DNA from: Marsupella aquatica
Lineage: Eukaryota > Plantae > Marchantiophyta
Direction: 5' to 3'
NCBI GenBank assembly: GCA_973895155.1
Contig: OZ316895.1
Coordinates: 5,025,181 to 5,089,180, forward strand
Length of the DNA stretch: 64,000 nucleotides
Positions 39,626 through 51,230 of this stretch are shown one piece after another. The notes beneath the pieces were generated by a model that searched no databases, was not told where the DNA came from, and worked only from the letters and a program-made list of their open reading frames with translations. Position 1 is the first letter of the stretch; the number at the start of each line of letters is the position of its first letter. The translations under genes were made by a program, and so were the position numbers.

Positions 39626-42600
39626 ATGAATTTTTTAATATTGGAAAATTGCTGTGTAACACGCTTGCATTGTACCAGGACCATTGAAAGTGGATGTGTG
39701 GCAACTTTGTGCATCAGCTGAGCTGTCTTTCTGGAAGTCCTCACATTAAACTGGCTTCTTGCACGCAAGCAATGGTTTCCCTTTGTAGCAGTACACACTG
39801 TGTAAGATTACACATCAAGTGCACGCTGCCACCTCCAATATCTCCCATAGTTCACTTGCCTTAGAAGGATTGTTGTATCGATGTGGAACCGGTGGGGTCA
39901 ATTTTATGGGACTCACCATGACGTTGCGATCTATAGATGATTTTGTTCACTCTGCATCAGCACCAGACTTTCCGGAGCCAGGATTTGGAGCAGGCAAGAG
40001 CCATGATGTGGCTGGTAAGAGCAGACAGCTTGTTGCGTTCAAGAAGGATCGTGAGTTGGGTTTTTATGGGTGATAAAATCAATCATACATAAATGGGCAA
40101 AGTGCCAGAATTCTAAGCGAACTCACCAACTATGGCAACTAAGCTGGCGTTGAGGCTTTGAAGGCTTAGTTTTGCTGCTATACAACCAGGGAGCAAGAGT
40201 GATCTGTGTGGTGAGGTTCCTTTGGAGGGCACTTTCTTCCACGTGGTGGCCCAAAGCTTGTATCATGGACTTCAGGTTCATCTAAACTCATAAGCACACC
40301 ATTTTCTTTCTGATTAATAGGCTTAGCATACTATCGATACATTGCCTATAGTACTTAAGCATAAAAGACTTTGATTTTTGATGAAAACTCCTGGCTTGTA
40401 CTGGTGTCATGACCAACTGCTAAAGTCTGATGCTAACTAGAACTTGTTTGCCTCAACCCAAAGATCTGTGGACGGAGAAGGCTAGATCATGCTGACCAAC
40501 AGTCACGACTTCAGCTCAGTAGTTACGATCCCTCTCTTAATTAACTGATCGCCAGGTGAGTAAAGAAAACTTTGATGGGGATTTCTTAGGTACACTAGCT
40601 CTGGACAAGTTCAAATTCTGACATCTACATCTTTGGTCCCAATTTTGTACGTGCACTTCAAAGAGAAAGACCATGTAAACAACCTAATTCCTCGCCCTAG
40701 CTTTTAATCAGCTTGGAGATAAACTATTTCTGATTAATTATCTATAATTAGTGACAAGATAAATCCAGCAAACCTTCTTTATGGTACCCAATATATGTTG
40801 ACTTCCCCCTTTTTATCTTCTTCCATAAATTATGTTGTGTCCGGTACCATGCAAAGAGGCCCTTTCAGAATATTCCAAAACTGATGTGAGGGAGAAGTTA
40901 CTTGAGTTGTGTTTTGCACCTATACATACAATACACATCACTAATGGCTTGACTCCAGACTCCCTACACTTGATGGTTAATGTCAGCTGAGCATGACCAA
41001 AACGCTGGTCAGAAATACGGACACTGAAAGACGCACTGAAGCTCATTGGGTTAGGTACATCACTGGACATGTCCCTTGAATTGATGAGTACTTAAACTAC
41101 TATCATAGATCCAACTTGAGCCTGCCGTCCATTAATTAAAGTAGAGGAAGGGAAGCTTCCAAAATAGGACACCTGTGATGACTAACACTATGAAGTGGTC
41201 ATGCATTTTAGAAGTCAGAATAACAGATTATCTCAGAGTGAAACAAAATCTGCGTTCACTAATCATGCGAGAACAGTCCAAATAGAAGTTGTTTGCTCAA
41301 TCACTATTTCATAAACTGTTGAACTTCCTGACTCTTTGTAACTTTGGCAATTGGCTAATTTAAAACTCTTGGTTTGCACACTTGAGAGAGTTTATTGTGA
41401 TTGGCAGTTATGCCCGTTGACATAGAAATCTGAAGCTCATTAAGATATAGTTTAAGGCCAATAGATCATGTACTAAAATGGTATATATCCTCCACATACT
41501 TCATCTCTAAAGCTTGAACTGTGCAAATGATTTTTCCCCTAGCCTTGTACCCCGCCTTAAACAACATTAAACAAATAGTGGACAGAAATATATTTGTGTC
41601 ATCTCATGTTTCATCATTTTGTACATAGGTTCTAAGACATTGATTACTTCTGAGGGCTCTTGCACATTTCCATTGTCGCAGTTGTTTATACATCGACGCA
41701 TGTTGCGGGCTACTTCCTGAACTTTTGGGCGTGTCGGGGCAACTGTTGAAGCCATGCACGTAAGGTTGGTAAGGGAATTTTCAAAATTGGAGCTGGCTCT
41801 TTGCCAACGCCATTCCAACTGTTTCCGTTTGTCTATTCCAGAGCTAAATGGCTTATTGAGAAGTTGATGGCCCACTATCTATTATTTGGCTAGGTACAGT
41901 TCACTATTTTGCATGTGCAACTGCTCTACAAGAATTCAGACACCCCAAAGAACAATAACACGCTACAGAACAAGTTGTGAAAATTAAAATTAGTTGTTGT
42001 ACATATTACTCTCAGGCCTTTCCAAGCACGGAGAAAGTGTCTAAGCCTAAAGAAGTTGGGAGTTTTTGCCACTGAAGAGTGCTGACAGGTCATGAAAGAC
42101 GTGTGGTGTCTTGCTATTAATTACCCTCATCTAGGTTAGTTTTAATTGATCATATGCTTTTGGTTGATCTAACCTATTTTAGTTTTTTTGAATGCGCAAT
42201 TGATGAACTAAGATGCACTTTGTCGGGCATTTTGTAGTTGACAGACTAAGGTATGCCTGACAACTCGCATATATGATCCTTCATAGAACAGATGGTCAAT
42301 TCATTAATTCAATACTGCAGACACGATTAGTACCTTGTCAATCAATTGATTGTATTGGTGTGGATGTCTAAGATAAGTTGTTGTTGCTCCAGAGGTGATG
42401 ATCTGGAATCTTGTTTGGTGTTTAGCATATATATGCATATATAGTATCGCTTGCATGGTTTCCAAACCAAGCAATGTGTTGGGATCCAATTTAAACTTCC
42501 ATTTTGAAAATCCTACTAACAATCATTACCAAATGCTTGAATGTCCTAAAGTCTTTGTCTGTCTTAGCAGTGTGCGCTTTTCGCATTGATAGCCAGATGA

Positions 42601-44400
42601 ATGATTTGGTGAGGTTGTCACTTGCAAAACAACTTACTTCTGTCAAAATTGGTATTGGTTACTTCGAGGCTCATCTTTCCAAACTAATTTACTGAACTGC
42701 AATTGCAACTGCAATGCATACATCCCCGCATATATCTACACTTCACTGGTCACATGTAGCTTTAGCAACATTTGAATATTTTGTACCCTGCCAGGTGTAC
42801 GTAGTTTGCACAATTTTGCCGGACGTATTGGGTTGGTAGTTTTCAAGACAGATCAAATGTCCAATATTCCTGAGCTTATCGTGTCACTAGCAAGCGAGCT
42901 CAAATTGCCTACTGAAGGACTCAACGCTTGACGCTGGAAGGAATAAGATTGTCTATTTAAATGATTGTCACTTTGATTCTGCATTGCATTGGAATTATAA
43001 CACCTCAGTTTCTTCTCCCTTTCAGAGACTTTTACCGATTGATTGTCTTAGTCAAATTAGTGGACATCTCTTTCAGTCTCTTCTCTAGCTTGCCCGAGTT
43101 ACAATTTTTGTTGAAGTCTAGATTTTGCTTCATCCGTTAGGGAACTGTTTTAGCTAGGATTGGCTTCTTGTAGAAATTGAAACTAGCTTTTCATTTGAAA
43201 GACCGGCAACTATTGCATTCTCATCTGACTATTGGTTGAAGCTTTCCATGATTGGATCAATTCCTGGCTTCTTGGGATACCTAGGTCTACCTCAGAATAA
43301 GAAGTTAGCATTCTTGTTGGGAGGAGCTATGAAGTGTGAAGCTACTTTTGAGTGTTCCCTAGATGGGCAAAGTCTCTTAAAGATTGTCAAAATTCTAAAA
43401 GAAGGGGGCAACTAGAACTAACACTTGCTAAAGAGTTGTAACGACAGACAAACGTTACATATTCATGATATATTGACAGAATAGTTTTGTCACAAACAAC
43501 AGACCTTGTTTCCTTCTTTACCTTACTTGCAGAATCTTGCTGACATTCATAGTGTGGATATGAAATTCGTCAAGTGAACTCAAACAGGTTTCTGGGAAGG
43601 ACTAGAAAGTGTTTGATGCAAAATTTTGAATAGTTTTCCTCATGCAACCTGCTTTTGACAGAGACGTAAAGCATGCTTATATGTACATCAAATTCATCTC
43701 TCTACTAGTCCTTGCAATTGTAAAATGGTTTGGATTCGCCTTTCACTTGTGCTGCGGTTGCACACTCTAGGTTTACTTTTACCTATTCTTATCCTCTTTA
43801 CCCATTTCAGTCTTGAAGAACCTCTCATTGTAAGTGTTTATGCGGTTAATTTCACCAACTTCAGGCGCTTATTCATTTTCTGCACCTTGATCAGTCATTG
43901 AATTTAGAGAAACTTGTATCTAATTTCTCGCACCCTTAATATCCATGTTAATCAATTACATAGCTAAACTCTTAGTGACTATCTACTAACAGGTAAGTCG
44001 TTGCCAAATTCAGTGGTATGAGATTCTAGCTCTTGTAACAAAATCCATCAATGTGGCGCTTCGATAACCTATTCTGCTAAAATGTCCATAACTTTACTAC
44101 CTACTAGGAAGGCAAGATGCAATGCAATTTAACTATTCTGTATTACAATTGTGTTTCAGAAAAAGTGCTCCCTCAAGGGCTCCCAAGATTGATCTGAAAT
44201 ACATCTATATACATACTTTTACCTTTGAAAAGCCACACATATCTTTCCAGTCGCTTCCATGGTTGACTGGAAACAGAAATTCCACTCACAGTCAAAAGTT
44301 TTTTACCAAAGGACCTGAACGTGACTCTTTTATCAAAGTTTTTGAATTGGCAGGAAAGAACGTATAGGACTCACATACTCATCATTATGAATGGTAAGCC
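39626..44400 (+). pseudogene. NLR pseudogene copy 3 (alpha), most complete: lipase-like domain, NB-ARC, LRR
   Basis: Motifs in canonical order across stops and frameshifts: degenerate P-loop KLIGL..ITG..P*I(G/D) (~41040-41095); RNBS-B-like NLKLLVCT (~41358); GLPL-like ELCK*F-PLAL (41516-41548); LLHISIVA and RNBS-D-like CLYIDACCGLLPE (~41655-41725); WLIEKLMAHYLLF...ILHVQLL, MHD region (~41848-41930); LRR-like SFIEQMVN, LNVLKSLSVL, FPSLPYLQNL, SLPISVLKNLSL. Confidence 0.85.
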
Positions 44401-44612
44401 TCAATGTGAATCGATCGTCAATGTGGCCTGCTGAAGCTTTCTACCCCCGAATGCCATCGCATCGACAATATCAAAGTGTATGTACCAAGTCCGACCGTCA
44501 AAGTGGCGTGAGGTCAACCAAAAAAAAGTGGCATCAACAAAGGAATGAGTTATCATGACAAGCTTAGATTCTTTGAAGCTTCTCCCCGATCAAGTGTGAG
44601 GAGCTAAGCAGC

Positions 44613-44920
44613 TCACGGCGTAGACCAAACCGTACTACCAAGCAGAGGTCTAGCTAGTGTACAACAAATTTGCCGAATGACAAAGTTTTGTTTGCCAATA
44701 TCAAATTTGTTGTACACTTGCCTAAACAATTCCCCTATAAAGTTGGAATATTCCAAAATTTTGGTTAGAAAGATCCTAATATTCTTATAAGTCTCAAAAT
44801 TGAATTTAAAAGACCCTATTGTTCTTCTGCAAAACTTCTTAAGTCTTCCCTTCAAACCAATAAAACAACCCTATCCTTCGTCGCACGTGATGTGCCATTT
44901 TTGTGGAAGTGAAACCCCCG
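44613..44920 (+). mobile_element. Dispersed repeat copy 2 (probable non-autonomous TE fragment) at the rearrangement junction
   Basis: 44730-44920 matches 16425-16655 and the reverse complement of 57890-58088. It separates the end of copy 3 from truncated copy 4. Confidence 0.65.
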
Positions 44921-45733
44921 AGACTTTAGCCGTTGGTCATGACAGTACCTTGTACAATCAAGAGCTTTCATCAAAAATCAGACTCGTTTATGCTTACCAT
45001 AGGCAGTGTATTGACAGTATGCTAAGCCTAATCAAAAGGAAAATGGTGTGCTTATGAGTTTAGATCAACCTGAAGTCCATGATACAAGCTTTGGGCCACC
45101 ACGTGGACAAAAGTGCCCTCCAAAGAAACCTCACCACACAGATCACTCTTGCTCCGGCCCTGGCTATATAGCAGCGAAACTAAGACTTCAAAGCCTCAAT
45201 GCCAGCTTAGTTGCCATAGTTGGTGAGTTCACTTAGAATTCTGGCACTTTGCCCATTTATGTATGATTGATTTTATTACCCATAAAAACCCAACTCACGA
45301 TCCTTCTTGAACGCAACAAGCTGTCTGCTCTTACCAGCAACATCATGGCTCTTGCCTGCTCCAAATCCTGGCTCCAGAAAGTCTGGCGCTAATGCAGAGT
45401 GAACAAAATTATCTATTGATCGCAACAGTCATGGTGAGTCCCGTGAAATTGACCCCACGTACTGGTTCCACACCGATACAGCAACCCTTCTAAGGCAAGT
45501 GAACTATGGGAGACATTGCGGCGGCAATGTGCACTTGATGTGTAATCTTACACAGCGTGAACTGCTATGAAGGGAAACCATTGCTTGCGTGCGAGAAGCC
45601 AGTCTTATGCGAGGACTTCCAGAATGACCATTGAGCTCAACTGATGCACAAAGTTGCCACACATCCACTTTCAACGGTTCTGGTACAATGCAAGCGTGTT
45701 ACACGGCAATTTTCCAGGATTAAAAAAATTCAT
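44921..45733 (-). pseudogene. NLR pseudogene copy 4 (alpha), N-terminal lipase-like part only
   Basis: 44921-46160 is a direct repeat of 33202-34392 and the reverse complement of 39190-40430. Confidence 0.75.
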
Positions 45734-46857
45734 GGACAGTACAAGAGAGACAAGATCCATCAAAGGGCAAGGGAGGCAAGCTACTGTACCGTATGAGGAC
45801 ACAAATATGTGGGGAGCCCTTGGTAGGTTTTGGGCCCTCTCTAAGTTTGTTTTATTGTTTTAATAAAATCAAATAAAAAATATTGAGGTATGGTGGTAAC
45901 AATCGATCCCACAGGTTACCACCAATCCCATTGGTATCCATCAATGGCCAGCATGGTGACCAATGAAATCAACCTAATTTAGATCAAGTCACATGTTATG
46001 GTTGGCTCAATTAGGGGAGATGGTATTTAGTCTCTCTCTGCCCCACCCACCTACCCACCTTTTATATTTAGCCTGGTCAAATCATGATTTAGAATTTCTT
46101 TTTCTTTTGTTACACAAAAGTCAAACATGCAAAGAGAATGAGGTATTTCAGGAGTCCTAGCATGTCAAACATGCAAAGAGAATTTGATCCTGGAAGATAG
46201 AATCACAAAACAATCCTTCATATTTGGGCTTTAGAGAAGTCAGATAAGCTCAGTCCTTGGAGAGGCAAACATGACATGCAAAGAGAATTTGATCCTGGAA
46301 GACAGAAATCAAAACAATCATTAATATTTGGGCTTGAAAGTAGATAGGTTCAGTCCTTGGAGAGGCAAAGTAACATGGAAGCAATAAGCTTCAAGACAAG
46401 TAAGAGATGCCGTTGGGGATTTCAAAAATTAATTTTGGAGATTGAAAAAGAGGATTAATTTAGTTTCCCTAAAATTGTGATTCATTCCAGGGTTGCTGGG
46501 AAACACGTGAATCCATCCATATTTACATAATCATTTTAAATCTAGTTCGGAAAAAAATTCCCAAATAAGTATGTAGACTTGGTGTATGTAATTAAGACAC
46601 CTGACAAGAACAAAACCAGCATTGCCACTATCCTTTAAGACACCTGACAAGAACAAAAACAGCATTGCCACTATCCTTGAAAATCAAACATAAATTGACC
46701 AATTTACTTCAACCTGACTGCACAATTAGAACTGAGAACATGTGAGAATGGTACGATTGCCACAGAGTTGGTCTCATCATAATTGTCGTAGGTTGCTGGT
46801 TACCATTGGTCGATCTTGTCTCCCTTGTACAGTTCACGAGTTTTTTTAATCCTGAAA

Positions 46858-49800
46858 ATGTTCATTGTTATGTTTAGAGCGCTGTTGCCGTGTAACACGT
46901 TTGCATTGCACGGAAACCGTTGAAAGTGATGGTGTGCCAACTTTGTCCACCAGCTGAGCTCAGCCTTTCAGGTAGCCCTGGAAAACTGGCTCCGATCTGG
47001 CAATGGTTTCGCTTCACATCGTCGTGCAAGACTCCTGTAGTCCTCTACCCATCAAATGCACGCTGCAGTCACCTATACTCCCCGTGGTTCACTTACCTTG
47101 GAAGGATGATCGTATGGATATGGAACCGGTGGGCGGTGGGATTCGTGGCCACATTGTTGGTTGCCGATTGATGGAAACTGTTTTACTGCTTTCGCGCCGA
47201 GTTTTGCGGAACAAGGATTTAGAGCAGGCAAGACCGTTCATGTTCCTGGTAAGAGTAGATTGCCTATTGCATCGAGGAAGGATCACGAGTTGGCATTTTC
47301 TGGATCCCAAACGATCATACAAACATGAGCAGACTGCCAGAATTCTCAGCCAACTCACCTATGGCAAGGTAGCTTTGCGGCTTCAAAGGATTAGTTTCTT
47401 TGCTTTGCAGCTAGGGATCTGGAGCAAGAGTGATCGACGTGGTGCGGTTCCTTCGGCGGTCACCTTCTTCCACTTGGTGGCTCGACTCTTTAATCGTAGA
47501 CTCCAAGTCAATTCATCTAAACTCGGGTGAGCACCATTTCCTTCTGATTAGACTTATCATACTGTCGATACTGTGATTATATGGTAGAGAAACAACGGGT
47601 TTGATTTTTTATGAAAAGTCTTACCTTCTACTGGTGCGACATGATCACCATAAAGTCTGAGTCTGACTTCACCTTGCATGTCTCAACCCACAGATCTGTG
47701 AACGGAGATGGGAGTTTACGGTGAACAAGACGACTTGGGTTCTCGTCATGGTACACCTGGGGGCACACGGTGAACTGATCAACAGGTGAGGAAAGAAAAC
47801 TTTCATGTGGATTTCGTGTATACATCGTCTTTAATCTGGGCATGTTTGAATTCTAACAGTATTTTACAACTTCCCAATTTCATACGTACCCATAACGAGA
47901 GAAAGAATCATGTAAAGGGCCTACAGTAATTCCTCGCCCTAGCCTTTGCTTGGCGAGAAACTGTACCGAATTTTCTAGAATCAGGAGTGTCTCCACTCAG
48001 ACAAAACAATTAGCTCACCGCTTGTCCACAAGATTAATCCAGGAAACCTTCTCTACGGTACCCTATGTTGACTTCGCCCCCAATTTTGCTTCCACAGATG
48101 CTGTAACTACTACCAGCGAGCTGAGGCCCTTTCAGAATACTCCAAAATCATCACAAGGGAGAACTTACTTTAATCTGTCTTTGTACCTGCACCTAAAAAA
48201 TCCAGAACAACGTTCGCTTGACTTCTCGGTTTTGATAGTCCATTCCAACTGAGGCTTGACTAAAACGATGGACTATTTACAATGCAAAAACTATATCGCA
48301 GCTTGTGGGGTCGACAGTACATCACTAGGCGTATCCCGGATAATTAAGGTAGTCTTGCTCAGCATCACGACTTCAAACTAACCCAGATCCAGCTTGAGCC
48401 TGCCGTCCATTAAAGTACTCAAATAAAAGCTTCCAAAATAAGACACATGTGATGACTAAGAAATCAATGTAATTAGGCGGTATGCATTATAAGTCAGGGT
48501 AGCAGGATACCTCTCAGAACGAAAGCTGCAGCTGCTTTCTCTAACGCAAGAACAGTCAAGATGCAAGTTCTTTGCTCAATCAACGTGAAGTTATCGTCTT
48601 TGTAACTAGAACTCACTGACATTAGATCTCTTCATATCACCCTTGGGATAATTCATGTGACCGGACGTTAATTATCTCCGTCGACTTAGAAGCTTGCTCA
48701 CAGAGTCCCGGCCAGGCCAAAAGATCTCGGTCCAGATAGTTCATCTTGAAAGCTTGAATTGTGTAACTTGGACTACAGACACCGAAGAAAATAGTGAGTA
48801 CAGCAATTTTCGTTGTGCGTCTTCCAATTGCCATCTTTATGTAAGCTCACTGTGATTACTCTTTCATGTATAGAGAGTTGTAGCTGATTCGACATCCACG
48901 CATTTTACGGGTTAGTATCCACCTTGATCATGTGGGTACTGGGGAGTATTCGTTCACACAACTGAGGTTGGTTTGGGTTACGTTCAAAATCGGGGCAGGC
49001 TGTTTGCCAGCGCCATTCTAGCCATCTACATTAGTCTGTATGCTACTTATTAAGAAGTTGGTAGCCCGCGTCTGTTATTTTGCTGGGTTAGGTCCAGATC
49101 ATGTTTGATGCGCAACGTATTGAATTCAGACACCACAAACAACAATATAACACTCGATACCCAGTTGTGAAAAGGCAGCTCCTCTAACACTATCGAGCTT
49201 TCCCGAGCACGGACAAATTGCGTACGCCTCTAGAAGTTGGACAGTTTACCACTGAGGGGCGGTGAGGGGTAACGAAAAACGGCGGTGGTTTGTTATTATC
49301 CTCGTCTAGGTCATTTGGAGTGATCATACCTGTTTTACTGAAGCCTTTGCTCCAAAGTCTTGTATTGAAGAATTCTAGGGATTAGTTCCAGACCGAGCAG
49401 CCTGCTATTAAGAGCTTCCAATTTGCACATCCCTACAGCAGACATGACAGATTTAAGAGCCGGTCCAAGAAATTCTTCAATATCCGGAGTCATGTTGGCT
49501 CTTTGTATGCTCTTCCCGCATATATCGATACACGAATGAGCTGGTGAGGCTGTTTAATGATAGCACTTGTTTAATCGAGGCAGACAAACAGACAGTCTAT
49601 GTGTTGACAACTGCTTTCAATTTTAATTTGATGCGAAGGAGGTTTTGCCATCACTTCCAGGCTCATCTTGGAAAGCCAACTTACTGAAACTGCAAAGTAT
49701 AAATCTATACTTCCCTGACACTGTTTTCAGACTGCGTCGATAGTTTTTTGAGTTAGATCAAGTGACCAACATTACCTGAGCTTGTCGTGTGCCTAGCATT

Positions 49801-51230
49801 ATTGAGCGTGGTCAGATTGCCTACTCAAGGGCTCTATGTGAATAAGTTCGTCGCTCTGATCCTGTTTTTCATTGGAAGAACACCTGTCCTCTCCCTTGCA
49901 GAGCTTACTGATTGATTGTCAAAGTAAAGGTTCAATCTGTTTCCCTCTCTTCAATCTCTGAGGGTACAATATATTTTTGGTACAATTTTTGTCTCACTCC
50001 AGATTGTACTCCATCTGTGAGGGAGTTTTTGTCGGTTGGCTTTTCTGAAGAAAATCAGAGATGGACAACCACTTGAAAGACTGGGATAATATTTTCATCT
50101 TTTGAGGCTTCCATCATTCTCTAACTCTTGGGATGGCTAAACCTCAGGAAAAAATAATTCATGTTGGGAGGAGCTTCAGACGTACTGCGAGGCTACTTTT
50201 GAGTGTTCCCTTGAGGGGTAATGCTAACGATTAAAACTCGGGTTATTAAAGAGGTGTTGCGTTATTGTGATGAGATATCTCGAGAATATGCTGCTAAACT
50301 CAAGTGAGAATGTTGTCTAGGACCGACGGGGAATCTGTGATTAAAAGGCAAACAGGAGGAGAAACAATCCTAGCTAGGAAATGTAATCATGTTTCTTCTG
50401 CTGTTTGCCTTTTACAACCTTGCAGACATGCAGTGGACCCTACATTCTTCAATTGGAACAGATTTCTGGCGAGGACTGTAAGTGTTAATCTAAATAACAC
50501 TCTTTTCTGTCAAATATAAACTTCTCTTCAATTTTTCTTTGTACAATTTCACAGCCGTAAAATGTTGTGAGTGTACTGTCTAATTGTGTTGTACTGGACA
50601 CTCTGAAAGTTTATTTAAGCTCTTCATGTCCTTTTACCCATGGCACTCTAGACAACTTATAATTTTACGTATTAATGATTTACATGTGGCAGTCATTCGT
50701 TTCCTCCAGTCTACGTTGCGAGAAGTTTGTAATTTCCAGCGGAATTGTCTATTGTAATCAAAAAATTACTTAACTCGTACTGACTATCTACTAACGGGCA
50801 AGCCGTTGCCGAATTCAGTTGGATAGGATGCTAACTCATGTCTTGCTTCTGTAACCTGGTTTTACAGAGTAGGAGATGCTTTCTGTCAAATTCAAGCTCT
50901 AATCTTCTCCTCTCACTTCCTCTCTTGCAAAGGTCAGAACCGTAAAATGTGAGTCTACTGTCGATTATTGTACTGGAATGGCACTGTCTAGGATTATTTT
51001 AGCTCTTCCTCAAGTTTCCTTTTCTACGCATTGCACTCTAGACGAACTCCTCATTTATGATTGCCTGTGGGTGACGAAGTGACGGCGATCATTCGCTTTC
51101 TGATAATCTCTATCATTCTGCCTAATTCAGTGGGATGAGATGCTAACACACGTTACAAAATCCGTTATTTACCATCAACTTATCAACTAACCATCCTACA
51201 AATGTTCATGAGTGTGCCGCCATGTGGGGC
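46858..51230 (+). pseudogene. NLR pseudogene copy 5 (beta)
   Basis: Colinear with copy 3: RLPIASR, CGSFGG..HLVARLF, *APF (lipase-like); QLVG..YIT..P...SLAQ (P-loop region, ~48300-48365); LLIKKLVAR (~49040); LRR-like QLEQISGEDCK (~50450). Multiple stops. Confidence 0.75.

Larger units (their letters stand above)
30693..44606. repeat. Inverted repeat 1: 30693-32508 with 42634-44606, and 32521-34392 with 39196-41150
   Basis: Examples: cttcaaagactctaagcttgtcatgata (30721) vs tatcatgacaagcttagattctttgaag (44551); cttcctctactttaattaatggacgg (32521) vs ccgtccattaattaaagtagaggaag (41125). Confidence 0.95.
34420..50900. repeat. Inverted repeat 2: ~6 kb arms 34420-40430 and 44920-50900, ~4.5 kb spacer
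   Basis: Continuous reverse-complement match, including identical ORFs 36492-36689(+) and 48637-48834(-), and 34441 ctcctactctgtaaaaccaggttacagaagc vs ~50845. Confidence 0.97.

Noticed and set aside
39870-39930. GTGGV as a P-loop
   Set aside because: The frame conserved between subfamilies is FTCLRRIVVSMWNRW / FTYLGRMIVWIWNRW. A better P-loop remnant at ~41040-41095 sits at the right distance from GLPL.
41567-41875. Minus-strand ORF with kinase subdomain XI-like CMASTVAPTRPKVQEVA
   Set aside because: No other kinase motifs nearby. The opposite strand carries GLPL, RNBS-D and MHD-region motifs in order, so this is an antisense shadow.
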